Shown: positions 1 to 9,868, counted from the stretch's first letter. The stretch is 64,000 bases of DNA from an uncultured Chloroflexia bacterium (GCA_963724295.1 CAVRUC010000005.1:202492-266491), one strand, 5' to 3'. Translations and numbers: made by a program. Notes: generated from the letters alone by a model not told the origin.

Positions 1-1241
<1,241 letters not shown>

Positions 1242-1430
1242 CGAAGTTGCATCGGCGGTGGGAGGAACCCTCCCGCTCTCCGCTCGGGCGGCCAGTGCGT
1301 CGGTCCCGTCCGACGCGCTGACGGCCGCCACACCGCGGAACGATCAGCGCATTGCCGCGAACAACTCAGGTGCAGTAGTCATATCTCGACCACCGGCACG
1401 CAACATGCAATATCTGCTGGGTGGTCCCCC

Positions 1431-1751
1431 GCGACGATGGGGAGGAGTAGGGCCGACAACCGCGCAAGCGACTCAGGGATGGTGGAAGCCTGGGACTCGC
1501 GGAATCGCCCCGAACGCGCCCCGGAGCGGCTGGCCGAAGAACGTCGCCTCTCGCGACAAGTAGGCTCAGGTGGGTGGTTCCCACGGAACGAACAACCGAG
1601 AGATGCGCGCCGCCGGGGATTCCCGGTCGCTCGCAAGAAGGGTGGTACCGCGGGAGCAGACGCCTCTCGCCCCTTCGGTCCGGATGCGGCGCACGTTGCG
1701 CCCGCCGGCGCCGGGCGTCCCGTCGACGTCAGGAACCGAAGGGGGTTCGTC
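1431..1751 (+). promoter_or_regulatory. T-box riboswitch leader (translational type, probable Arg specifier) controlling the OTC/LysW operon
   Basis: The core GGGUGGUACCGCG lies at 1640-1652 inside AAGAAGGGUGGUACCGCGGGAG. An antiterminator-like fold is present: helix 1637-1642/1671-1676, 7-nt bulge UGGUACC at 1643-1649, and helix 1650-1656/1664-1670. Stem I shows AG-bay AGCGA (1467-1471), distal loop GAUGGUGGAAG (1478-1488), and nested helices 1431-1436/1542-1547, 1451-1455/1531-1535, 1460-1464/1498-1502 and 1472-1477/1489-1494. CCCCUUCGGU (1670-1679) is perfectly complementary to ACCGAAGGGG (1735-1744), which covers the SD before ATG 1752. Confidence 0.8.
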
Positions 1752-2861
1752 ATGTTTGAAGCGTCCGCCGCGTCGGATCCGCGGCCAGTACCGCACCCGA
1801 CGCCCAGCTTGACCCGGGTAGAACCGCAATCCGACCCGTTCACCGAGGCGATCGCCCCGCGCGCGATTTCCCTCGGCGGCCCCGGCGCGGGCAATCTCTC
1901 CACCTTCACGATCAGCGCGCGCTTGCAAGGGCGGAGCGTCCTCACCGATACGGACCTGACCCGCGACGAAATCGTGGAGGTGATCGGGACCGCTGCCCGG
2001 TTGAAGAAGCTGCGCCAGGCAGGTCAGCCGCACGGATACCTGGCGGGCAAGTCGCTCGGCATGATCTTCCAGCACCCCAGCACCCGCACCCGGGTCGCGT
2101 TTGAAGCGGGTATGGCGCAGCTCGGGGGTCAGGCCATTTTCCTCGGCGTCCACGACTTGCAGATCAAGCGCGGCGAGAGTCTCGCCGACACGGCGCAGGT
2201 GTTGAGCCGCTACGTCGACGGCATCGTCGCTCGCGTCGCCGCGCACAGCGATATCGAGGAGATCGCCGCGGCCTCAGCGGTGCCCGTCCTCAACGGGCTC
2301 TCCGACCGGTGCCACCCGATGCAGGCGCTCAGCGACCTTTTGACGATGCAGGAGGTCTTCGGCGACCTCCCCGGGCGCAAGATCGCCTATCTCGGCGACG
2401 GCAATAACATGGTCCATTCGCTGCTGCTGACCTGCGCCGTGATGGGCATGAGCGTCACCGTGGCGTCGCCTGAAGGCTACCAGCCCGATCCTGAGGTCGT
2501 GAACCACGCGCGGTGGCTGGCCGCGGCCAGCGGCGCCGATCCCGAGATCGTCATCACTGATGATCCGATGGCAGCCGCCAGCGGCGCCGATGCCATCTAC
2601 ACCGACGTTCACGTCAGCATGGGTCAGACCGACGCCGCGACCCGAGCCGTAGCCCTGGCGCCGTACAAAGTGACCACCAGGATCATGACCGCGGCAAAGC
2701 CGGCGGCCGTCTTCATGCACTGCCTACCGATGCACCGGGACCAGGAGGTCGAAGCCGTCGTGGCCGACGGACCGCGCTCGATCATCTTCGATCAGGCCGA
2801 AAACCGGCTCCATCTGCAGAAGGCGGTGCTCCTGCACACCCTCTGTCCGACCGTGGCCTAG
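1752..2861 (+). CDS. argF: ornithine carbamoyltransferase-family protein, paralog 1 (about 65-aa Pro-rich N-terminal extension)
   Basis: Motifs present: FQHPSTRTR (carbamoyl-phosphate site), HPMQALSDLLT, DVHVSMG and HCLPMHRD. The start at ATG 1752 was chosen because SD GAAGGGGG (1739-1745) sits 6 nt upstream and is the target of the T-box sequestrator. The track ORF start at 1437 would run through the riboswitch. Confidence 0.85.
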   Translation: MFEASAASDPRPVPHPTPSLTRVEPQSDPFTEAIAPRAISLGGPGAGNLSTFTISARLQGRSVLTDTDLTRDEIVEVIGTAARLKKLRQAGQPHGYLAGKSLGMIFQHPSTRTRVAFEAGMAQLGGQAIFLGVHDLQIKRGESLADTAQVLSRYVDGIVARVAAHSDIEEIAAASAVPVLNGLSDRCHPMQALSDLLTMQEVFGDLPGRKIAYLGDGNNMVHSLLLTCAVMGMSVTVASPEGYQPDPEVVNHARWLAAASGADPEIVITDDPMAAASGADAIYTDVHVSMGQTDAATRAVALAPYKVTTRIMTAAKPAAVFMHCLPMHRDQEVEAVVADGPRSIIFDQAENRLHLQKAVLLHTLCPTVA

Positions 2862-2875
2862 GGAGCGATAAAGCG

Positions 2876-3892
2876 GTGCACATGGTCATCGACGGTTACA
2901 ACGCAACAGGGGCAGGTGGTCAGGTCTTTTCCTGGATCGACGACCCAGCCGCGCGCGTCGCGGCTCCCGGTTTGCACGGCCGCAGCGTTCTCTCCGACCT
3001 CGACTTATCGCGCGCCGACGTCGATGCCCTGGTCGAAACCGCGCTCTGGCTCAAGATCCAGCGGGAGCGAGCGCAACCGCACCCATACCTCGCCGGGAAA
3101 ACACTGGGCATGCTCTTTCAACATCCGAGCACCCGCACCCGCAATGCCTTCCAGGCCGGCATGGAGCAGCTTGGCGGACACGCGACCTTTCTCGGCGCGG
3201 ACGAGTTGCAGCTCACCCGCGGCGAGACCCTGCCCGACACCGCCAGGATTCTCAGCCGTTACGTCGACGGTATCGCCGCCCGTTTCTCCGCGCACGACGA
3301 TCTCATCGTCTTCATGGGCGGCGCCTCGATTCCGGTCTACAACGCGCTCACCGAACGCTTTCACCCCATCGAGGCGCTGAGCGATTTGTTGACCCTGCAC
3401 GATCAGTTCGGCGGCCTCAAGGGACTGAAGCTTGCCTACGTTGGGGATGGCAACAACGTTTGTCACTCGCTGATGCTCAGCGCCGCCGCCGCGGGTATGC
3501 ACGTCGCCGTTGCCTCTCCCGACGCCTTCGCACCCGATCACACGCTCGTCGAACGCGGGCGGGAGCTTGCGGCACAGGCCGGCGGGTCGGTCCTCGTCAC
3601 CGAAGACCCGGTACAGGCCGTCACCGGAGCCGACGCGGTCTACACCGACGTCCACGAGAGCATGGGTCAGCCGGACGATCCACAGAAGCGGCTGGTCCTG
3701 ACGCCATACAAGGTGACCGTGGCGCTGATGGCGGAGGCGCGCCCAACCGCTGTCTTCATGCACTGCCTGCCGATGCAACGGGACATGGAGGTGGAAGCGG
3801 CCGTAGCGGACGGTCCGCAATCGATCGTATTCGAGCAAGCCGCGAACCGGCTGCACATGCACAAGGCCGTGCTCCTGCTGACGATGGGGTAA
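2876..3892 (+). CDS. ornithine carbamoyltransferase-family protein, paralog 2 (HPxQ changed to HPIE)
   Basis: Motifs present: FQHPSTRTR, DVHESMG and HCLPMQRD. The HPxQ motif reads HPIEALSDLLT. The gene is tandem to paralog 1 with a 14-nt gap. The start is GTG 2876 or ATG 2881, after GGGAGCG. Confidence 0.85.
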   Translation: MHMVIDGYNATGAGGQVFSWIDDPAARVAAPGLHGRSVLSDLDLSRADVDALVETALWLKIQRERAQPHPYLAGKTLGMLFQHPSTRTRNAFQAGMEQLGGHATFLGADELQLTRGETLPDTARILSRYVDGIAARFSAHDDLIVFMGGASIPVYNALTERFHPIEALSDLLTLHDQFGGLKGLKLAYVGDGNNVCHSLMLSAAAAGMHVAVASPDAFAPDHTLVERGRELAAQAGGSVLVTEDPVQAVTGADAVYTDVHESMGQPDDPQKRLVLTPYKVTVALMAEARPTAVFMHCLPMQRDMEVEAAVADGPQSIVFEQAANRLHMHKAVLLLTMG

Positions 3893-3982
3893 CGCTGACG
3901 ACATGAGCTATGCGGCAGGGCGAGGGCTCTGTCGCCCGGGAATCAAGCTGCACGAGCAGGTGCAAGGAAGGTAGGAACTGCA

Positions 3983-4147
3983 ATGGACGTGACCTGTCCG
4001 GAATGTGGCGCCGAGTTGGCATTGAGCGGGGTCGAGCAGGGAGAGATCGTCACCTGTCCTGACTGTGGGGTCGATCTCGAAGTACTCACCTCCGAGCCGA
4101 TCACGGTCGGTCTCGCCCCCGAGGAAGGCGAGGACTGGGGCGAATAG
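3983..4147 (+). CDS. lysW: amino-group carrier protein LysW (54 aa, absent from the ORF track)
   Basis: Hand translation gives [54 protein letters not shown]. It has two CxxC pairs (zinc ribbon) and the diagnostic acidic C-terminus EDWGE. An AAGGAAGG SD lies upstream, and the gene sits inside a LysXZYJK cluster. Confidence 0.9.
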   Translation: MDVTCPECGAELALSGVEQGEIVTCPDCGVDLEVLTSEPITVGLAPEEGEDWGE

Positions 4148-4175
4148 ACGCAAGCCAGAGGTATCTGGAGCGAGG

Positions 4176-5108
4176 ATGACGGCAGAGAAGGGGTCCGCGA
4201 TGGCAACGGTAGGCGTGCTCTGTGCGCGCGGTCGAGTCGAAGAAAACGCACTCATGGCGGCGCTGGCGCAAGCTGGCATCGTCTCTGCGCTCTTCCCGCC
4301 CGCGGACGAACCACTGCCAGTCGGACCGACGTCGCATTCGCCGACCGGGCGTCCCTTCCCCGTGCCGCAGATCGTCGTCGATCGCCATCCAACCCGCCAG
4401 ATCGCCCGCGCGGTAATTGCGACGTGCGGTGCGCTCGGTGTACCGGTGCTCTGCGCCGGCATCGCCGCCACTGGCGACCGTCTGGACGTGGCATCTGCCT
4501 TGGCCGGCCACGATCTGCCACGTCCGCTGACGGCCCTGTGCACCTCGGAAGATGCCGGAATCGAGGCCGTTGCCGCGATGGGACTGCCGGCCACGCTGCT
4601 GCCGCTGGAGCTGAAGTCGGCGCCGATCGCCCTCCTCGACCGGGACGCCGCCGAGGCGGTCCTCGAACACCGCGCCGTGCTTGGCGGCGTCGAAGGTTCC
4701 CTGGGGCTCATCCAGGCCGGGTCTCCGAGCACCGAACATCTCGTGAACGTGATCGTCGTCGACGGAGCGGCCACCGCCGTCGAGACCAGGACCGGCACCG
4801 CTGTTCCGGATCAGGCCATGCGCCTCGCCGAGTACGCCGCCGGCGCGCTGAACGCGGACCTCGTGGCCATCGTTATCGCCTTGCGCTCCGGCGGCCCGGT
4901 GATCTGGGACGCCCGCCCGGTCCCGGATTTTCGCGACGCGATGCCGATCGGGAATCTCACCGTTGCGCAATCGATCGCCCAGGCAGTCGAGCGCAGACTG
5001 CTGACCACGGCCTCGGGTCTGCCGGGAGAGCGAGACCGGACGTGGACCGGTATCTCCTCCAGCACCCAAGGACAAGGACTGCGACGTGATCTCGTCATCA
5101 GTGCCTGA
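4176..5108 (+). CDS. LysX/RimK-like ATP-grasp paralog with degenerate active site (probable pseudoenzyme)
   Basis: It aligns along its length with the two downstream LysX proteins (for example VGVLCARGRVEENALMAALAQAG against [23 protein letters not shown]). However, KPxxGSWGRLL is replaced by LELKSAPIALL, QE(Y/F)V by QAGS, and the D...EVN metal site by AIVIAL...WDARP. The start is ATG 4176 or 4200. The 3' end overlaps lysK by 23 nt. Confidence 0.7.
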   Translation: MTAEKGSAMATVGVLCARGRVEENALMAALAQAGIVSALFPPADEPLPVGPTSHSPTGRPFPVPQIVVDRHPTRQIARAVIATCGALGVPVLCAGIAATGDRLDVASALAGHDLPRPLTALCTSEDAGIEAVAAMGLPATLLPLELKSAPIALLDRDAAEAVLEHRAVLGGVEGSLGLIQAGSPSTEHLVNVIVVDGAATAVETRTGTAVPDQAMRLAEYAAGALNADLVAIVIALRSGGPVIWDARPVPDFRDAMPIGNLTVAQSIAQAVERRLLTTASGLPGERDRTWTGISSSTQGQGLRRDLVISA

Positions 5109-6189
5109 CATCGCACCGGCAGCCGCGTCCGGGACCGTGGCGCCGGGAGATTACGACGTCGACCTGCTGCGGCGTATGGTCGAGATCCCAAGTCTGTCCG
5201 ACGAGGAGCATGCGGCAGTGGCGGAGCTCTGCCGTCAGATGGAGGCGCGCGGCTTTCGCGCCGAGATCGACGCCGCTGGCAACGCGATAGGAGTGATTGG
5301 CTCCGGAGAGCGCCATATCGTGCTCCTCGGGCATATCGACACGGTCCCCGGTCAGATCCCGGTCCGCATCGAGAACGGCGAGTTGTGGGGCCGCGGCGCG
5401 GTCGACGCCAAGGGACCGCTCTGCACGTTCGTCGCCGCGGCCGCCGCGGCCGCGCCGGACCTCAGCGCCACGGTCACGGTCGTCGGTGCGGTCGGGGAGG
5501 AGCGTCTCGGTTCTCCCGGCGCTAATGCCGTCGCCGCCTGGGATGCCCCGGACTACTGCGTCATCGGCGAGCCAAGCGGCTGGGACGCCGTCTGCCTCGG
5601 CTACCGCGGCACACTCGGGTTCCACTACCGGCTGCGCCAACCATCACGCCACAGCGCCGGACCCGGCGAATCAGCCGGCGAGCAAGCGATCGCGTTCTGG
5701 AACGCCTTGGTGGCCGAGCTCGATGCCATGAACACCGCAAGTGGTGCCACCACCGGGTTTACGACTATCGCTCCCGCCCTGCGCGAGATGCGCTCCGGCG
5801 GGAACGGGTTGGAAGACGAAGCCGTCATGTCGATTGGTCTTCGCCTCCCACCCGGAGTCGATACGGACCGGCTCCACGGACGCCTGCGGGAGCTCGCCGC
5901 TCCGGCGGTCATTGAGGTCGACGGAGTGCAGCCGGGCTTTCGCTCGCCGAAGCAGACGCCGCTGGTGCCGCCGTTCCTGCGCGCGATTCGTGCCGCGGGC
6001 GGTTCGCCCCGCTTCACCCTGAAGCTGGGAACCTCTGACATGACTGTCGTCGGCCCGGTCTGGAACTGCCCCATGGTCACCTACGGCCCGGGAGATGCGT
6101 CACTCGACCACACGCCTCACGAGCGGATCGATCTCGAGCACTACGGTCTTGCCATCCGCGTCCTGCGTGATGTCCTGGTGTCGCTATGA
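5086..6189 (+). CDS. lysK: [LysW]-lysine/ornithine hydrolase, M20 peptidase family (ArgE/LysK)
   Basis: Motifs LLGHIDTVPG and GRGAVDAKGP are M20/ArgE-DapE signatures. GTG start. The stop overlaps the next start (ATGA). Confidence 0.85.
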   Translation: MISSSVPDIAPAAASGTVAPGDYDVDLLRRMVEIPSLSDEEHAAVAELCRQMEARGFRAEIDAAGNAIGVIGSGERHIVLLGHIDTVPGQIPVRIENGELWGRGAVDAKGPLCTFVAAAAAAAPDLSATVTVVGAVGEERLGSPGANAVAAWDAPDYCVIGEPSGWDAVCLGYRGTLGFHYRLRQPSRHSAGPGESAGEQAIAFWNALVAELDAMNTASGATTGFTTIAPALREMRSGGNGLEDEAVMSIGLRLPPGVDTDRLHGRLRELAAPAVIEVDGVQPGFRSPKQTPLVPPFLRAIRAAGGSPRFTLKLGTSDMTVVGPVWNCPMVTYGPGDASLDHTPHERIDLEHYGLAIRVLRDVLVSL

Positions 6190-7100
6190 CCGCACCCGGT
6201 CTCAACGGTCACTCCCGCCTCGCTGCATCCCGTCCCGACCGGCTCGGGGTGCTCGTCTCCTACCTCCGCCCCGAGGAGAAGTCGATCCTGGCCGCGGCCC
6301 GCGATCGCGGCATCGAAGTCGCGCCGATTTTCGATCGCGATCTCGTGCTCGATCTGTCGTCGCCACACGCTCCGGGCAGTGGGCTCGATTTCGACGTCGT
6401 CCTCGACCGCTGCGTCGCCCACTCGCGCTCCGGTTACACCTTGCGCGCGCTGCGACGCTGGGGCGTCCCGACCCTGAATACCGCCGAGGCGGTCCGGCTC
6501 TGCGACGACAAGGCCGAGAACAGCCTGGTTCTGGAGGCGGCTGGCATCCCTACTCCACGCACGCTGATCGCCTTCGACGTCGCATCCGCGCTGCGGGCCT
6601 GCGAAACCCTCGGCTATCCCGCCGTGCTCAAACCGGTCACCGGCTCCTGGGGCCGCCTCCTGGCCCGCGTCAATGGACCCGATCAGGCGCGGACGGTGCT
6701 GGAGCAGAAGAAAGAGCTTGGCTCCTTCCATCACGCGATCTTTTATGTCCAGGAATACGTCGAAAAACCGGACCGGGACATCCGCGCCTACGTCGTCGGT
6801 GACCGCGTGCTGGCTGCGTCATACCGCACCGCGAAGCACTGGGTCACGAACGCCGCCCGTGGCGCCGAGTCCGTGCCCTGTCCGATCACCCCCGATATCG
6901 AGGAGCTTGCCCTCCGCGCCTGCGCCGCTGTCGGCGCCCGCCTGGCCGGTGTCGATCTGATCGAGACTGGTGAAGGTCTGGAGGTCATCGAGGTCAATAC
7001 CGGCGGCGAGTTCAAAGGACTCATGTCCACCACCGACGTCGACATCGCCGGCGCAATCGTCGACGAGGCCATGCGCACGGCGCGTCTGGGAGTCGCATGA
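6186..7100 (+). CDS. LysX/ArgX-family ATP-grasp ligase (carrier-protein-amino-acid ligase), divergent copy
   Basis: Intact motifs: [49 protein letters not shown] and VDLIE...[13 protein letters not shown] overlaps occur at both ends. Confidence 0.85.
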   Translation: MTAPGLNGHSRLAASRPDRLGVLVSYLRPEEKSILAAARDRGIEVAPIFDRDLVLDLSSPHAPGSGLDFDVVLDRCVAHSRSGYTLRALRRWGVPTLNTAEAVRLCDDKAENSLVLEAAGIPTPRTLIAFDVASALRACETLGYPAVLKPVTGSWGRLLARVNGPDQARTVLEQKKELGSFHHAIFYVQEYVEKPDRDIRAYVVGDRVLAASYRTAKHWVTNAARGAESVPCPITPDIEELALRACAAVGARLAGVDLIETGEGLEVIEVNTGGEFKGLMSTTDVDIAGAIVDEAMRTARLGVA

Positions 7101-8014
7101 ACGCTCCCCTGATCGTCGGCGTCCTTCTCTCTCGTGTGCGCGTCGAGGAAAAGCTGCTTCTCGCCGAGCTGGAGCGGCGCGGTGTCGAGATCGTTCGCTT
7201 CGACGACCGCGAGTTCTGGCTCGACCTCGGCGCCCCCGACCTTTCGATGCTGCGCTGCGATGTCGTGCTGGAGCGCTGCATCAACCACCTGCGCGCCCTC
7301 TATACCTTACGCGTCCTGAACGATTGGGACGTACCGACCGTCAACAGCTACGAGGTGGCCAACATCTGCGGCGACAAGCTTCTCACCTCGACCGCATTGG
7401 AACGGGCCGGCATTCCCACGCCGCGGACGCTGATCGCCTTCACGCCCGAATCGGCATTGGCGGCGTGCGAGGAGATCGGTTACCCGGTGGTCATGAAACC
7501 CGCAGTTGGCTCCTGGGGCCGGCTGCTGGCCCGGGTCAACGACCGGGACGCGGCGGAAGCCCTGCTGGAGCATAAGGTCACGCTCGGCTCATTTCACCAC
7601 GGCGCCTTCTACATTCAGGAGTTCGTGCGCAAACCGGGCCGCGACATCCGCACTTTCGTCGTCGGCGACGAAACGATCTGTGCGATCTACCGCGATTCTC
7701 CGCACTGGATCACGAACACCGCCCGCGGCGCCTCGGCCAGCAACTGCCCGGTGAGCGACGAGCTGCATGCACTCTCCCAGGCAGCCGCGGCTGCTGTCGG
7801 CGGCGGCGTGGTGGCCATCGATCTCTTCGAGAGCGACCGCGGTCTGCTGGTCAATGAGGTCAACTACACCATGGAGTTCCGCAACAGCATCGACACTACC
7901 GGGGTCGATATCCCGGCCCGCATCGTTGACTACGTTATCGCGGTCGGTCAGGCGGAACGAGATCGCCGCGACGTGTTAATGGCTCCCGCCGTCGCCGCGG
8001 CTGCCGGCGATTGA
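7097..8014 (+). CDS. lysX: LysX-type ATP-grasp ligase (closest, by recollection, to Thermus LysX)
   Basis: Motifs present: [44 protein letters not shown] and [22 protein letters not shown]. Confidence 0.85.
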   Translation: MNAPLIVGVLLSRVRVEEKLLLAELERRGVEIVRFDDREFWLDLGAPDLSMLRCDVVLERCINHLRALYTLRVLNDWDVPTVNSYEVANICGDKLLTSTALERAGIPTPRTLIAFTPESALAACEEIGYPVVMKPAVGSWGRLLARVNDRDAAEALLEHKVTLGSFHHGAFYIQEFVRKPGRDIRTFVVGDETICAIYRDSPHWITNTARGASASNCPVSDELHALSQAAAAAVGGGVVAIDLFESDRGLLVNEVNYTMEFRNSIDTTGVDIPARIVDYVIAVGQAERDRRDVLMAPAVAAAAGD

Positions 8015-8772
8015 TGAGTGTCATGTCGGAGCAGATTGAAACCCGGCTGGATTACGACAGACGCGCGACCGAGTTTGCCCTCCATCGCAAGATCCATCCT
8101 GAAGTCCTTCGCGAGCTCCTCGGCAGCGGTTTGTTCGGTCCGGAAACGCGTGTCCTGGACGTCGGTTGCGGTACAGGAAACTACGCCGCCGCACTGACCG
8201 CGGAAACGAGTTGCCGAATCTCCGGCGTCGATCCCTCAGAGAGGATGCTCGACTGGGCCCGCGACGCCGCGTCATGGGAATCCCTGACAAAGTCTGACGC
8301 GGAGCATCTGCCGTTCGGCGCCGGAGCGTTCGACGTCGTCATGTCGACCGACGTCATTCACCACATTCGGGATCGTGACGGCTACTTCCGTGAGGCGGCC
8401 AGGGTGCTGCGAGCCGGGGGTCATCTCGTGACCGTCACTGATTCGCACGACACCATTCCGCGGCGGCGTCCCCTCTCCAGCCACTTTCCGGAAACGGTCG
8501 GAGTCGAGCTGCAGCGCTATCCGCCGGTACCACGGTTGCTGGAGGAGATGGGTCGCGCCGGGTTCGTCGAGCCTCGCATTGTCGAGGTCTCGCGCGACTA
8601 CGAGCTCGACGATATCCAGGCCTACCGGGACCGGGCATTCTCCTCGCTCCTCCTGATCGAGGAGGAGGCGTTTCGCCGCGGGATAAGCCGTCTGGAAGCG
8701 GACCTGGCACGGGGACCCATCCCGTGCGTCTCTCTCTACACGATGATTTGGGGACAATTACCCTGCTCGTAA
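8014..8772 (+). CDS. class I SAM-dependent methyltransferase embedded in the LysW cluster
   Basis: It carries motif I VLDVGCGTGNYA and an acidic post-I region. The start ATG 8014 overlaps the lysX stop (TGATG); TTG 8011 is an alternative. The stop TAA 8770-8772 overlaps ATG 8772. Confidence 0.8.
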   Translation: MSVMSEQIETRLDYDRRATEFALHRKIHPEVLRELLGSGLFGPETRVLDVGCGTGNYAAALTAETSCRISGVDPSERMLDWARDAASWESLTKSDAEHLPFGAGAFDVVMSTDVIHHIRDRDGYFREAARVLRAGGHLVTVTDSHDTIPRRRPLSSHFPETVGVELQRYPPVPRLLEEMGRAGFVEPRIVEVSRDYELDDIQAYRDRAFSSLLLIEEEAFRRGISRLEADLARGPIPCVSLYTMIWGQLPCS

Positions 8773-8807
8773 TGCCTGTGGCGGGATATGGAGGCAGTAG
8801 TCAACCG

Positions 8808-9851
8808 ATGAACGTTTCGATTATTGGCGGCAGCGGATACGCGGGCGGGGAGCTGGTTCGCCTCCTGCTCGATCATCCCGAGGTCACGATCCAGCAGGTG
8901 ACATCCGAGCGCAACGCCGGCAAATTCGTCCGTTCGGTTCATCCCAACTTGCGCAAGCGATCCGACCTCAAGTTCTCGGCACTGGCCGACTTGCAACCGG
9001 CTGACGTCATCTTCAGCGCATTGCCGCACGGCGTCGCCATGGGTCAGATGGCCGAGCTGCGTCAGAAGGCGCCGATCGTCATTGACCTCAGCGCCGACTT
9101 CCGGCTGCGCGATGCCGCCGACTACCCGAAGTGGTACGGCCATGAACACCAGGACCCGGAGCTGCTGGAATCGTTCGTCTACGGCATACCGGAGCTCCAT
9201 CGCGAGGAGCTGCGCGACGCCGATCTGATCTCCAGCGCCGGCTGCATGGCCGCGACCAGCATCCTCGGTCTCTATCCCCTCTTCCAGGCGAAGGTCGTTG
9301 ATCTCTCCCGCCCGGTCGTGGTCGAGGCCAAGACCGGATCGTCCGGGTCGGGCGGCGCACCCGGACTCGGGTCGCATCATCCCGAACGGAGCGGCGCGAT
9401 GCGCTCCTTCAAGCCGACCGGTCACCGCCACTCGGCCGAGATCATCCAGGAGCTGACTGTCGACGGCCAGGGACCAGAGGTCGCCTTCTCCGCCACCGCG
9501 ATCGAGGCGGTGCGTGGCATTCTGGCCACCTCCCACGTCTTCCTCGAGGAGCCCTTGCCCGAGAAGGAGATCTGGTCCATCTACCGGGCGGCGTACAAGG
9601 ACGAGCCATTCATGCGGCTGGTCAAGGAGGCCTCCGGTGTCCATCGCTACCCGGAACCGAAGCTCCTTTCCGGCTCCAACTGGTGTGACGTCGGTTTCGA
9701 GCGTGATCCCAATTCCAACCGCATCGTGGTCATGGCCGCGCTCGACAACCTGATGAAAGGCGCTGCAGGCCAGGCGGTGCAGGCCCTCAACATCCGCTGC
9801 GGATTCCCGGAGACGACCGCCCTCGAGTTCGCGGGGCTCCATCCGATTTAG
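8808..9851 (+). CDS. lysY: N-acetyl-gamma-glutamyl-phosphate reductase homolog, LysY/ArgC type
   Basis: Motifs present: MNVSIIGGSGYAGGELVRLL (NAD-binding N-terminus) and SSAGCMATS (catalytic Cys). GGAGG lies at 8790-8794. The alternative start ATG 8772 is coupled to the methyltransferase stop. Confidence 0.85.
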   Translation: MNVSIIGGSGYAGGELVRLLLDHPEVTIQQVTSERNAGKFVRSVHPNLRKRSDLKFSALADLQPADVIFSALPHGVAMGQMAELRQKAPIVIDLSADFRLRDAADYPKWYGHEHQDPELLESFVYGIPELHREELRDADLISSAGCMAATSILGLYPLFQAKVVDLSRPVVVEAKTGSSGSGGAPGLGSHHPERSGAMRSFKPTGHRHSAEIIQELTVDGQGPEVAFSATAIEAVRGILATSHVFLEEPLPEKEIWSIYRAAYKDEPFMRLVKEASGVHRYPEPKLLSGSNWCDVGFERDPNSNRIVVMAALDNLMKGAAGQAVQALNIRCGFPETTALEFAGLHPI

Positions 9852-9868
9852 CGCGCGTCTCGTGCGAA

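Noticed and set aside
1539-1541. GAA (Glu) as the T-box specifier codon
   Set aside because: It lies after a canonical-looking AGUA/GAA S-turn, so it cannot be fully excluded. However, it is followed by a pyrimidine, the UGGU bulge predicts an A73 tRNA, and Glu T-boxes are not a class I know of. The Arg codons (CGC 1515-1517, CGU 1542-1544) fit the operon better.
1437-1751. N-terminal 105 codons of the 474-aa track ORF (1437..2861)
   Set aside because: This stretch coincides with the T-box leader, including Stem I, the T-box core and the SD sequestrator. The translation is low-complexity Arg/Pro-rich, and a good SD plus ATG sits at 1752. It is treated as leader RNA, not coding.
4065-4175. 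Track start (4065) of the LysX-like ORF
   Set aside because: It would overlap most of lysW in another frame. ATG 4176 or 4200 aligns with the N-termini of the intact LysX paralogs.
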